DNA from: Phoronis australis
Lineage: Eukaryota > Animalia > Phoronida
Assembly (NCBI GenBank): GCA_002633005.1
Contig: NMRA01000320.1
Span: 291,640-355,639 of the forward strand
Length of the DNA stretch: 64,000 nucleotides
Reading direction: 5' to 3'
Numbering within the stretch: the first letter of the stretch is position 1; the number at the start of each line of letters is the position of its first letter. The notes beneath the pieces are model-generated. The model ran no database searches, had not been told where the DNA came from, and worked only from the letters and a program-made list of their open reading frames with translations. The translations under genes were made by a program, and so were the position numbers. This document shows positions 13,823 through 25,521 of the stretch, in pieces.

Positions 13823-14104
13823 CTTGTAGTAATTCTTTAAATCCACTTTTTGAGGACAGAAGAGCCACAATCGTCTCTTTGGAGTCAAGGGCTTCAATTT
13901 CTATCATCTTTCTGTAGCCCATGAATGGTTTGGTCCTTTCACTTTCTTGGCAGCAGTCGATTCGGTGCATTCCAAGATTGTTATGGTGAGAAGCTGTTTG
14001 CGGGCTGCATCTTAAACTATCTTCTGGTTTTGATCTTGATTGTCGGCTGTGTGCCACACGATCATCAGGTTTATGACGCGGTAGACTCCATGGTACACGA
14101 TCTC
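13823..14104 (-). CDS. ZNFX1: ZNFX1-like paralog A, internal coding exon
   Basis: Acceptor TTCTTCTAG|GA and donor CAA G|GTAGGC; 282 nt, phase 1-1. It encodes MGYRKMIEIEALDSKETIVALLSSKSGFKELLQ, which resembles the start of the ZNFX1 ARM-like region and the matching exon of paralog B. Confidence 0.85.
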
Positions 14105-15279
14105 CTAGAAGAAAAAAGAAATTCTTGGCGACCTATTGGTTGCAAGATATATAATATCATTATTTTCTGTTTCGGGTGCATTGATTTTTACTATTATTTT
14201 ACAGGTGTCAATCACAAAGTTTGTGTACTGGGAAATTCGGCTCGAAATTTGTATTTTTTTCCCTACAAGCAGCGTCATCTGTTGTTTAAATTTGAATTCT
14301 TTGCTCTGAATAATTTCAAATACCATTGAGATTTACCCGCCGTTTCACATTGGATCGAATGTCAAGTTCACCAATTTCGATAATGAGTTATTGATATTTA
14401 CACAAGGAACACGAACGCTTCCCATTGTCATGACTTACGCTGTCATGTCCCTAAGTTCATTATGCCAACTATCTTCTCTGTAGTTCTTGAGAAACTGGGA
14501 TTTTTAAACCTCTACGTACCACATTTGTCTATGCTCCCATTGTGAGTCATATATGTGTAGATCACGTGGCACTGTGTATGATGAATATGCATTAACCATG
14601 ATCGTATGATTGCCTACTTTTGTCAAAAATAATTATATTGATTAAAATAGGCCAATGTGTTGACATTTTTCAAAATTTTTTTAAAACTCGTAAAATCTTG
14701 TCTATTTTCACTTTCAGAGAATTCAGAATAGATCCAAAATGACAGAAGCAAGGATTCGCCAACATTAAAGGCGGTACAACAATATTCAGCAATAGGAGCC
14801 CAAACGGTGGCCTTGTCCAACGCTTTTAGGAATGCGTTACGGAAACGATACATCTCGGAGTGTTGGTGTGCATTACGAACTTTGCAAGAGCTGCACAAGA
14901 TATTTGTGAATTGTTTAAGTATCAGGAAACAATTTTGGAGCCCTCCAATTCCTACCTAGATACCCATCTAGTCGTTCTTTCAGACTCTTTAGGGGGTTTG
15001 CATGACAGCATCTGGGCGGAGATTAAAACGGGGTTCATAACGCCTCTTGGCGTTCATACGGCATTGGGAAGGGGGCCGTGAGGCGGAATTACGTAATCGG
15101 TACATTTTGGCGTTCATCGAGTATTTTATGGCACATGCGCTCCGTGCAAATTTTCTCTTATATTACTGGCAAGGTATTGAAGTGCACAGTACCATATAGG
15201 GGACCAAAAGGGAGTGTCAAACTGAAGAGGAATAAGGGAAACGGGTAAGAGGTTGAAGGAAAAGCAACAAAAATGCTAC

Positions 15280-16680
15280 AATGAGACACCGCACTAGTTG
15301 TCCAAAAATTGCAGGTGTAGTCTACTTCTTTCCATAAAGAACATTCATGAGGTTTAGCACACACAAAATAACACTTGCTGAAATGTGCTCAAAACTGATA
15401 GCTTCCATCATCTCCAAAATAAAACAGCCCCAGAATTCTGCAGTAGTCAAATACACGCGGAAATCACCAACGCATTGCCGTCACATACTTCTGTGTCAAA
15501 ATTTCATGGAAATCCGTCAATCAGTTTTCTAGATTACCTGTAAAGCCCATTTTCTCCTACAATAGTGAAATTGGCCACTCGGGGGGTGCTGCAGATATCG
15601 AATTTCCGAAAAATCGATTTGAGTAACGTTTAACTTAAATCTGTCAATTGATTATCTAGATTATCTAGATTATCCTCCAGTAACGCCCTTCTCCTAAAAA
15701 TGCTGAAAAGTCTAATAACAGGCCACGGGGCACACTGAAAAGTGACATGTCCAGCCAAATTTAATCAAATACCGATTGTTGGATCGAGAGCAGACAAACT
15801 GACCAATAGGGTTGCTGCAGTAGTCAAACTCAAACGAGATTACAGTGTGCCTGGTAAAAAGTTGATAAACGTATCTTGACCAAGATTCCACATGTATTTC
15901 GTAGTAAAAACTTGTAACTTGCTTTACTCGAAACGACACTCATAGGCATATGCAAAATACATGTATGACATGTCAACGTTAACAGTCATATATGGACTTT
16001 GCTGCTGGACCGATATATGATGTAAATTTCAAGGACATACCTGTTGGAAGATTTTTGTCTCTGCTTGGTGGCCACCAATATCATCCCCCTCGATCACCAT
16101 CAATTTCCCCTCTCACTCCTACTGTATCCGCTATTTTTGCCCCTATCCGGTCGCCAGCGAATCACAAGTGCATTGCCCTCACACATTTCTCTTTCAAAGT
16201 TTCATCGAAATTCACCACCCGGAAACGCTATTTTCTCCCAATTACTGAAAATGACCACTAGGAGGTGCTGCATATATCGAGTTTCCAAAAAATTGACTTA
16301 TGCTGGAGGATCACCATCAAGTATCCCTGCTTTAAGTTTAATCGAAACCAGTCGATTGTTTCTTTAGAAATCCTTCAGAAACGCTCTTCCTCTAAAATAC
16401 TAAAAAGCCCCAATCCAGGCAACGGTACACACTGAAAAGTGGCATGCCCACTCAAATTTAATCAAAATTTGATTTTTGAACATAGAGCAAACTCCTGAAA
16501 AACCAGACAGACTGGGAAATGGGGGGTGCTGCAGTTGTCAAGTCCGTCAGAAAATTTACTGGACCTTGCACATTGTTGTCACACATCCGTGTGTTAAATT
16601 TCACTGAAATCCATCAACTGGTTCTCTAGCCATCACCCGGAAACATTCTTCCCCCAAAATAGTAAACCAACAATTCTATA
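15280..16680. repeat. Diverged internally repetitive interspersed element (about 700-bp duplication)
   Basis: cacactgaaaagtg(a/g)catg...aaatttaatcaaa occurs at ~15731 and ~16427. ggggggtgctgcag blocks recur at 15581, 16261 and 16521. Confidence 0.55.
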
Positions 16681-16798
16681 CCTAAACAGGGAAATTGACT
16701 TTTCCTTCGTAACTGAATTTTAAACTGAGTTTACAATTCTTACCCTGTGAAAAGTTGTGACATATGGAAACTTCTAGCGAGTGACTGCATGGTCATAC

Positions 16799-17072
16799 CT
16801 GGAGTTTCTGTTTTCTTTTTCTTTCTCTCTCTCTCTCTCCCATCTTTATCATCATCACCTGACCTCTTCCATCCACAGCTATATGCGCTCTCATTGGATG
16901 AAAAGCTGACTGCACGCGTCTGCGAACCCGTCCCCCGACTTAGAGACGGGTTCCATTTGTACGAGGAAGGATTGAGCTTATGTGAATTCGACTTGTGAGG
17001 CGGCTGAGCGTGTTCCTGGTGGTAGACCTCGCTTTCATCCTGGCCAATGAAGTCCATCGGGTCTTCCATCAT
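16799..17072 (-). CDS. ZNFX1: ZNFX1-like paralog A, probable first coding exon (disordered N-terminus)
   Basis: Acceptor CTTTAG| at 17105/17104, ATG at 17072 and donor CCA G|GTATGA at 16799/16798. Phase 1 matches the 14104 acceptor. The low-complexity charged peptide is typical of ZNFX1 N-termini. Confidence 0.65.
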
Positions 17073-18519
17073 GCTAACCCGTTGAAGCCCTGCCGGAACT
17101 GTATCTAAAGCAACAAGGCAAACACAAACATCAACTCATGAAGCCTCATGTGGCAGCCATCCAATATGATCACAGTTTTGTACCAGGTGTAAAGTTGACG
17201 AAAGTATGTTGACTAAGATTCTACACATATTTCACTTCGTAGTAAAAACTCGTGACTTTCTTTAAATCCTCCCCCACCCAGTGCTCTATGGACTACATCA
17301 GAAGTTTGGCTTCTTGAAATCTCTCCTATCGCAGATGCTGTTTTCAAATTCAAAACTGAGTGATAAATACTGGGAGTCAGATAAAGTGAATAACAGGGCG
17401 AGGTAAGATTTCAACCCCTCCACTACATAAGTCAATAATAGCTTCATAATCATAGTCAATGGTGACTGTGCATATGTGCTCACGATAAACGATGCAAAAC
17501 ATTCCTTCCACTGTTAAGACAAAAGCAACTTGGAGCGTTGAGATGCCCCCATCGAGTCTATCGCAAACGCTAAATATTTAACGGCCGGGTGCTCACTATT
17601 TTAATAATAATACTGCCACGGGAGTCAGATCCATCCAGGAATCAATATCAGTTGCGCCCGATACATTAGGACCACCTAGGTCAAATTTTGTGAGGATCTA
17701 TCGAAAAATTACGTGGACATTAAGAAGCCAGATCAAGTACGCCAAATTCGACAAAGATCCACTGAAGAGGACGGAAGGAATATTGAACTGAATTTCCACA
17801 AGGGAGCACCACAGAAGTCAGATCTATCCAAAATCATAATTTGCTCAATAGGAAGACATATGCAAAATATCATAAAGATCCATTGTCGAACGAAACAAAA
17901 AAGTATTGCTTGTTATATCACATACAAACAAATATTTGTGAAGGAATGTAAGACTGTTTGAGTCATACAAACACAAGCACAAACACGCACGCACAGTCAC
18001 ACATACGCACATGACACGCAAGTTCGAGACTGGACAACAAATTAAACACTTACGTAGTTAATATCCAAGGAAAAAAAGGAGCCAAAGAGGGCCACTTTCA
18101 ACAAACTTTACAGTCTCCAAAATAAAGATGTTTTTCTATTTAAAAGTGCGGTATCTGGCAACGTGGTATGAGGCAAGCACAAAAAACGAAGTTGTTGTCG
18201 AATTTTTCGAAAGTCAACACTAGCCATGCTTGCCTGAAAAGGAACACAAATGCCAAAAACACAAAAAACACCGGAGCAGGCGCAAAGAACACAATTTAAG
18301 TTACTACTAACGGATGTCACAGTAGATCTGTCGGAATCGTCTCGGCTATTTTCTCCTCAACGTCTTCCAGCTATCTAGAAGATTCTTTGAGCAGAAATGG
18401 GATAAGCAGCGTTAATATGACGCATAAACTGCAAAACCACAACACACCAACTTCCGAAACTGACAACTTTTATTAGAATCTCCTGGCATATTTACACTGA
18501 CCTCTTGTCTATTTACATT

Positions 18520-18570
18520 GTCTCGACGTTTCAGTCTGTCTGCATGCATTCTCCGACCATCGTCAGGTGT
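18520..18570 (-). ncRNA. Minimal hammerhead ribozyme motif
   Basis: Minus strand reads CTGACGA T GGTC...GACT GAAA C GTC: canonical CUGAnGA/GAAA core and GUC site, followed downstream by an AATAAAAGTTG PLE-like tail. Stem I is degenerate. Confidence 0.6.
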
Positions 18571-18637
18571 TCATGCGTTCTTAGAAGAACGAGCACAGAT
18601 ATGTGGTACACATGGTGTGATTTTTTGATTATATATT

Positions 18638-18720
18638 GTCTGAGGAAGGATTTGAACCCGCGACTTCTGAAATTACAGATATTTGAGTCCAGCACCTTAA
18701 CCACTACACCACGGAGTCAT
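18638..18720 (-). tRNA. tRNA-derived sequence (pseudo-tRNA or SINE head)
   Basis: Minus strand reads GACTCCGTGGTGTAGTGGTTAAGGTGCTGGACTCAAATATCTG...GCGGGTTCAAATCCTTCC. It has A and B boxes and long variable-arm spacing, but the stems are imperfect, so it is not a functional tRNA. Confidence 0.65.
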
Positions 18721-18749
18721 CCATTTACTTTGAGGGAATTTAATTATAC

Positions 18750-19010
18750 TTAAACCTTCGTAAGTAGAGTGCGCCAGGTGTCACTTGGTTGTTTGCTTGC
18801 CTGACTGAATACATTGCCTTTTACTTTCTTGAACATGGCTTACTTGATCTTTCTCTTGATCCAACCTGTTTCACTATCAAGTATTTGGATGTTATTCCAC
18901 TGGATATTGTGTTGTTTCGACCACATGTGTTCTGCTACTCCTGATGACGTATTACCCCCTCTACAACACCTCTTTAAGTTCAGCAATTCTCATCTTGTAG
19001 ATAGGCTTTC
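18750..19010 (-). mobile_element. Penelope-like GIY-YIG endonuclease C-terminal remnant
   Basis: Translates to SGVAEHMWSKQHNIQWNNIQILDSETGWIKRKIK*A. Confidence 0.75.
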
Positions 19011-19139
19011 AGACATAGAAGTGGACACCTTTGAAAGGTGTGACAGTGCCACAGTATTTAATGGAATTTCTGGGGAATGGAATCTGGCTTTTGTAAGGTC
19101 GCTTGCGATGAGGAACTTTCACTAAGCAATTTATCTGAG

Positions 19140-21110
19140 CGGTTGAATCGACGTCAGGCATCAGCGAGGGTTGCGGTTTAGAGTAGCAGCCGACGTTGAC
19201 AAATGCAGTGACCAGTCGGAATCCTCCTACGTGGCAGGAAAAAATTACGTAATCGACAGCAACGCCAATATCTTCAGGTTTTTTGAAGACACCATGGGAT
19301 TCCAGTTCATCAAATTGGAGTCGACCAGTTGATGTCTATAGAAAACTGGGGGGAGGGTTGTGTGGGCCCTATGTTGATTTTGACCTCAAATGGAACGGCG
19401 GGGCGATTGTAGCCCTTGAAGGACGATTTGAAGTCGTCATTGTAATGCTGTAGCAGTTGTCGAACTTGGGAGCAGACGATCTCCAGGTGGATGTTGGCTG
19501 GGTCCAGTCGGACATCATGCGAGTGCAGAGATGGCGCTATAGATGGTCTGAAGTCGAGACCGATTGCATCGGAACGGAGTCTTCATTGCACGGATCGGGA
19601 GGCACAATAGACCGAACTCTGCATACCGGTATGTGTTTTTTCAGGCGAAGGCTTATTCGTTCACTAGTCAGGTTCGGTATGCGCACGCGGCCGGGAATGC
19701 TGCGAAGAAGGCGGGGATGGAGACACTGGCACGTTATCATGAGTAGGACAGTGTGGCTCGATCGCACAGATGTCGTCATGTGGGAGTTCATCAGGCAAAG
19801 TAACGTCGACGAACTCTCCACTCCAGATTGTTGTGGTTTGAGGAGGAGCCCGTAGGACGTGGACTGGGCCCTACAGTGTGTCTCTCGATGAAGGGATTCA
19901 AAGAACTGTAGGTGTATGGGGAGTGTGACTATTTCATGCTTGGCTGGAAGAATTGAGATGTCATTTCGTTCCATGAAAGGAATACCGGCCAGTAAGGCAG
20001 TATCAAAGCTTTCGACGACGACACCTTCAAAGATCCGTGTGTGTCTTTCACTGGTCAGTTCAAATCGGGTTTCAACAAGGACTGTCAGGGGCGACAGACC
20101 ATCGGCTTGATGTGCAGATTGGGAAGTTTTTTAAATGCAGACACCGAGGAATTGAGCAAGGAATGCACGAATCGTGTTTCCGTAGCGCCGCTATCAATCT
20201 TAATACAAACAGGATGGTAACTGTAAAATAAGTCAAGGTAGTGGTATTGGCCAATCTGGACACGCTGAATAGGGCTGGATACAGTTGCATCCTCTGAAAC
20301 CTGGCTGTCGTCTGATTCGCCACCAGACGTGATTCCATAACTTTTCGGGCTTTAGCCATGTAGGTCTTATCCTCTGGTGGAAAACACTGGCTTTTGCTTT
20401 GGCAATGGGACCATGGTCGACCAGCTTGCTTGCATAAAAGACAACACATGGTGCTTCTTAAGGCCGCCTGGTGAAAGTTGGCTTCGGGTTGGGCTGGGTA
20501 ATAGGGAGGAATTTATTAGTGAACTTGGTGGCGCAATTCTCTACGGCGGTTCACAGAGCATGCATATTTTCCGATAAGTTGAGTTCTTGCAACAGAAACT
20601 CTAGTGCCTTGGATTTTTCTGGTCGAATAGATGCTAACTTCAGTCCCATACTTTTGCTTGACCAGTCGTTGTAGTGCATGATGGATTGTGTTTAACCACG
20701 TGAGTACGATAAAATTTTCTAGGGTGAGTGTTAGTTGTTCGGCGTTGGCGGCGTGTACGACATGGTAAGAGATCCCAAGCAGGCTGTCATCAACGAATTC
20801 CATCAAGCGTTGGTAAAGATCTTCGTAGCTTTCACCAGGCTCGAGGTGGATCGATGTAAAATTGTTGTTGTTGTTGGCACCACTGGTTTGGAATCCGAAA
20901 TGTATTGGCATGGCTTAATTGTCAGATTCGTGAAATTGATGTGCTATTGACTATGCGGGCTGTGATAGGGCAGAAATTTGCAATTTTCTCAAGCATCAGT
21001 TAAAGCATATTCACTTTCTGTTGTGCCGTTTCGTCGTTCTTTATCTGGGACACTGGACGGATCGTCGGAAAAACCGCCGAGGGGGGGAAGAGCGCGCCTT
21101 TTTCCCTTTC
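19140..21110 (-). mobile_element. Decayed Gypsy-type LTR retrotransposon gag-protease remnant
   Basis: Fragments ESYEDLYQRLMEFVDDSLL, LENFIVLTWL...LVKQKYGTE, CLLCKQAGR..H and the protease tail LLAGIPFMERNDISI, with frameshifts. Confidence 0.65.
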
Positions 21111-22061
21111 GAAACCATCAATTAAACGGGGGCGAACAGGGAGTCGAAGGTATATAAAAAGTTCTGTTTCCAACTTTCATAAGTAGTGATAATCTCGTTT
21201 CGCGTGAAGCATCATTGCTTAGGTGCACGTACGGTGTTTGCCATATTGTCAACGAGTTGGATGTAGGCCAATGTCTGGGTCGCCGTATGACATATCTTAG
21301 GCGGCACGCAATAGTTTTTTCGAGTCGCAGTCGAATTAACAACCCCTATTTAATAAGAAATTAGTGCCTGCGGGATTGGCTGGACATTTTGAGATTTAGC
21401 ATAGTGTGGTGGTTATAAATGGCATTTGTTCATTTTTTGAACCTGTTTTGAAAAAAAATCTAGGATGTTGCCCCCTTGACCTATTTTTCTGGCAACAGTG
21501 GCTACCTCTTCATGTAGGCAAGGCCAGTTTTGACTTGTAATTCAGGTGTTGAAAATTGCCAATTTTGTGTATTTTTGCTATTTTTCTGGCATCGCCGGAT
21601 ACCTGTAGGTATAAAAGCAAAAAGAAGGCACTTCGAATGCAAGGTTTGCATGGACCGTACCTGCATATATGTTTCATATTTTGTGGTTTTGTTGAAGAAA
21701 AGAAAGAAACTACTTTCCCTCAGTTCACCTTCCCTAGGCAGGCCAAAATGAGGAAAAACTGTTGAGTGCCACCTTAGTATATGTGTCAACTAGTTAGGCG
21801 AATGTCTGGGATGGAAATCTGTGCACTAATCAATGAAAGTTAATTCACAGTGTGACTTAAGATCAAGTCTATGCGAGATCATGGCTTCCAGGAGCTAAAC
21901 ACTAGTAGGTGTGGTTAGGAAAAGCTCTGCCACCACGCTAATATGACGCATAAACTGCAAAATCACAACATACAAATTTCCGAGACTGAGTTTGTATATT
22001 TCAAAACTGGAAGAGAGTATTTCCCTCCGTAACGCACAATCCATTAACTAGACAAACTCAC

Positions 22062-22410
22062 TGGCGCAGGCTGACGGCTAAGAGAACACGAAAATGGCCT
22101 CAAGTGAGGACGCGGAATAGCTTAAATCTGTCTGAAACCTGTTGTCTTCAACGTAGAAACTTATTTGCCAAGCTCATCAAGTTCTTGGTAGAGATTGAAT
22201 GATGCAGGGGAAACCTAAATTCCCAATAGGAGACACCACAGTTGTCGGACTGTTCCAAATTCAACTACAGCTGTGCACCCCACAACAGGAACATATACAA
22301 CAAATTTCATAAAGTCCAGGAATGAACTTGATAGATATTAGCTAGAGAAAAAACAAAACCGCTACTACGGCACGTCACATCATTTGGACTAAGAAATGAA
22401 AGTCAGCTGC
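22062..22410 (-). promoter_or_regulatory. Candidate non-coding first exon and promoter of ZNFX1-A
   Basis: Strong donor CCA|GTGAGT at 22062/22061 and a YY1-like GCCATTTT at 22091-22098. Upstream are an NF-kB-like GGGGAAACCT (22207-22216) and an IRF-like GAAATGAAAGT (22393-22403). Motif evidence only. Confidence 0.3.
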
Positions 22411-22869
22411 GCCCTCCTCAATAAGAGAGCATTTCCTATATTTCTTTATGGTCTTTCAAGCAGTTTTGCGGATGGAGATTCATTGTCACATCGACCTGTG
22501 AGCTAATAAGTTTCGATGTGAGGATAGACTGAAGACTAGCTCGAATGTGCACAGGTCCCCTCAAACAAAACGTCCGACGTAATGTCTGTTCTGATGTTCC
22601 AACCATGCTGCAAAGCCTTGTACCTTGTGATATTGCGTTTCACTGAGTAAGGTTCACTGTCGATTTGTGTTATGTAGGACAAAAAATGGCTAAATTTGGC
22701 AAATTTCGGAACACCATGTTAGGAATTCTTCTTAAAAATTTTCATTTTTGCATAAGGGAGTATCAAGATAGGATTCGTACAAAATGAAAAGAAAATGATA
22801 ATTTAGAAAATTGTAACAATGTTTATGAGATTTTTTCTTAAACATTTATATCAACAAAATTTGGTTGTG

Positions 22870-23195
22870 TTATTACTCTGCGCGTGTAAGCGCAGAGTAC
22901 TGTTGTTCCTGGGTTTTCTTCAATTTTATTACTCTACGCGTGTAAGCGCAGAGTACTGTTGTTCCTTGGGTTTTCTTCAATTTTATTACTCTGCGCGTGT
23001 AAGCGCAGAGTACTGTTGTTCCTGGGTTTTCTTCAATTTTATTCTTATTACTCTGCGCGTGTAAGCGCAGAGTACTGTTTTTCCTGGGTTTCCTTCAATT
23101 TTATTCTTATTACTCTACGCGTGTAAGCGCAGAGTACTGTTGTTCCTGGGTTTTCTTCAATTTTATTATTCTTATTCTTATTCTTATTCTTCTTC
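22870..23195. repeat. Tandem array of five ~57-63 bp hairpin units followed by (TTATTC)n
   Basis: Unit ttattactctgcgcgtgtaagcgcagagtactgttgttcctgggttttcttcaatt contains the stem TACTCTGCGC/GCGCAGAGTA. Confidence 0.9.
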
Positions 23196-24491
23196 CTACT
23201 AAATTTGAGGCTTAATAACTCCAAATTGGGTGCAGGTACGGTATTTAAATTCAGCATATGACTTTTGACAGTATATAAATTTTGATTGGTTACTTAATCA
23301 TATTCCATATTGCACCGGAAGAGGTCGTTTGGTGCAAAGGTCATATAATTTTCAAAATGCTACTCCTCCTTCAGTATTAAAGCTATCTTTTTCAAATTCG
23401 GTGCACAGGTATAAGTCAACATGACAATTTAAAAATTACTTTTCTAAGTAATCGGGTCATCCAATCAGGTGAAATAGGTCAAAGGTCATTAGGTGCAAAC
23501 TAAAATTTTGAGCTAGACACTTCAAATTGACAGGTCTGATTGCCACAGGTAAATCAAATCGGAATTCAAAGTTTCAGGCCATTTAGTGCAAACATGGGGT
23601 CATTAGGTGCATTTTTCTTCTAAAAATTTGACCTTTTCAATCAGCAAGTATTCTGATGTGTCAACTGTTAGACAACTGTGGTTCTCAGCGTTAAACACAT
23701 TTTCCATTGGCTTTGCAATAATTCTCCTAAAGATGCTTAAAATGCACCGGATAAGGTCAATTAGTGCAAAGGTCATGTAACGTTCAAAATGTTATATCTC
23801 TTACGTTTTTCAAGGAATTCTTTTCAATTTCAGCACACTGGTGTAAGTCAACATGCCAATTAAATACCCTACTTTACTTCACAATAGGCCTAACCAATAA
23901 GAAAAAATAGGTCAAAGGTCATTGAGTGCAAACTAAAATTTTGACCTACATGTCGTGAACACATCCACTAAAACAAGAAACTGTAGGAACACTGCATTTA
24001 TCCACCTTCACTCTTATCAGGCTTCTATTGCGAGTCAGCATGCGTGAATAATTGGCTGATAAGCCACCTCTGGAACTACTTTTGGCTGAATGGATGACCA
24101 GGCCATAAAATGATAATTAGCCAAGACCAGTTACTATAATGCAACAAAGAATAATGTCTTGCATCACCTAGCCTTGGTGGAAAGCTGTATACTGTATTGT
24201 GTCAAACAAACGCTTAGAAAAATTCATTTCACGGGGAGGGGACGCTTATTGTAGTGAGCCTACGGCAGTTGAAACCCGGTTTCCCAAACGGGTAAAATCG
24301 GAAGCTAGGATTCATCAAATTTACGCTCTGTGACGTAGTTGTAGCCTATGACAGCCTTTCTACAAAATTGTGGTGCATTGCTATCAACTTCCGTTGTTAA
24401 ATTACAATAATTTTTCAAAAAATTGTGCACAGGGCGAAAACTTGCCGACTGATGCGTCGCTGAATCGCGAACGTCAATAGGAAAACTTGAA

Positions 24492-24723
24492 NNNNNNNNN
24501 NNNNNNNNNNNNNNNNNNNNNNNNNNNNNNNNNNNNNNNNNNNNNNNNNNNNNNNNNNNNNNNNNNNNNNNNNNNNNNNNNNNNNNNNNNNNNNNNNNNN
24601 NNNNNNNNNNNNNNNNNNNNNNNNNNNNNNNNNNNNNNNNNNNNNNNNNNNNNNNNNNNNNNNNNNNNNNNNNNNNNNNNNNNNNNNNNNNNNNNNNNNN
24701 NNNNNNNNNNNNNNNNNNNNNNN
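24492..24723. other. Assembly gap
   Basis: Run of N. Confidence 1.
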
Positions 24724-25521
24724 ATGACAATGAATGAACACAATGAAATTAACAACGTCGTTTTACAGCTTGTAAGATTCATAATAAACGTACGTATTTT
24801 GAATATTGCAATGCATGTGTTCCAAAATCTAAATAACTTGGGTCCTATATTTTTGTATTAGTGCGCGCCGAATGAAGTAATCGTGAGTGTTGCTGTGTTG
24901 CAAAATCTCTTATCCTGGGCCGATTTGAAAAATTCAAAGTTGTACTCATATTTGTTTTCGCTCCTCTTTTCAAATATTACAGTAAAAACTACGTAAAACT
25001 CTCTCCATAAAAAGTACAGTCTGCTAGCTAGATTGTAATCAGCTGATCATATCCGCATGAGCGAAGCCAATTAGCCTCGCTCGTGACTCGATGACTAGAG
25101 CAGCTTGGCGGCATCCCTTTGATCGTGAGCCGAGTGCGACTCAGCCAAGGTGGATAAATACGGTCTAGTTCAATTTTCCATACCCCACCGTTTACCTTAA
25201 CCACTGGGGTTAGGACCAATCTTATTTAGTGGGAATGTTCATAGCATGTAGAGACTTTAGAATTACGTATCTGTTTACTAAGTGCGATTGAGTTTGAATT
25301 CTAAATTTTCAGGTCATTTGGTGCACCCATGGGTCATTAGGTGCATTTTACTTCTGAAAGTTTGACCACTTCATTCATTTTGTATTCTGAAGTGCTTAAA
25401 GTAAAACTTCTGTGATTATTAGTATTAACCACACTTTTAATCGAGTTAACAATTACTCCCTCATCGGGGCTCATAATGCACCGGAAGAGGTCAATTAGTG
25501 GAAAGGTCATCAAAAAATTAA

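Larger units (their letters stand above)
22870..25515 (+). mobile_element. Helentron/DINE-1-like non-autonomous element (interrupted)
   Basis: Terminal hairpin plus microsatellite, then ~435-bp internal repeats rich in ggtcaaaggtca. tgcaccgga..aggtc occurs at ~23311, ~23743 and ~25477. Confidence 0.5.

Noticed and set aside
16740-16798. Extension of the first coding exon to the GG|GTAAGA donor near 16743
   Set aside because: That donor is phase 2 and incompatible with the phase-1 acceptor at 14104; the CCAG|GTATGA donor at 16798 fits.
18638-18720. Functional tRNA gene
   Set aside because: Acceptor and anticodon stems pair poorly and it is embedded in retroelement sequence, so it is treated as tRNA-derived.
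22870-23165. CRISPR-like array of palindromic repeats
   Set aside because: The sequence between hairpins is identical from unit to unit (no unique spacers), there are no cas genes, and the context is eukaryotic.
24305-24861. ORFs spanning N runs (also 35776-36381)
   Set aside because: Artefacts of translating gaps; only the THAP start at 36282 is supported.
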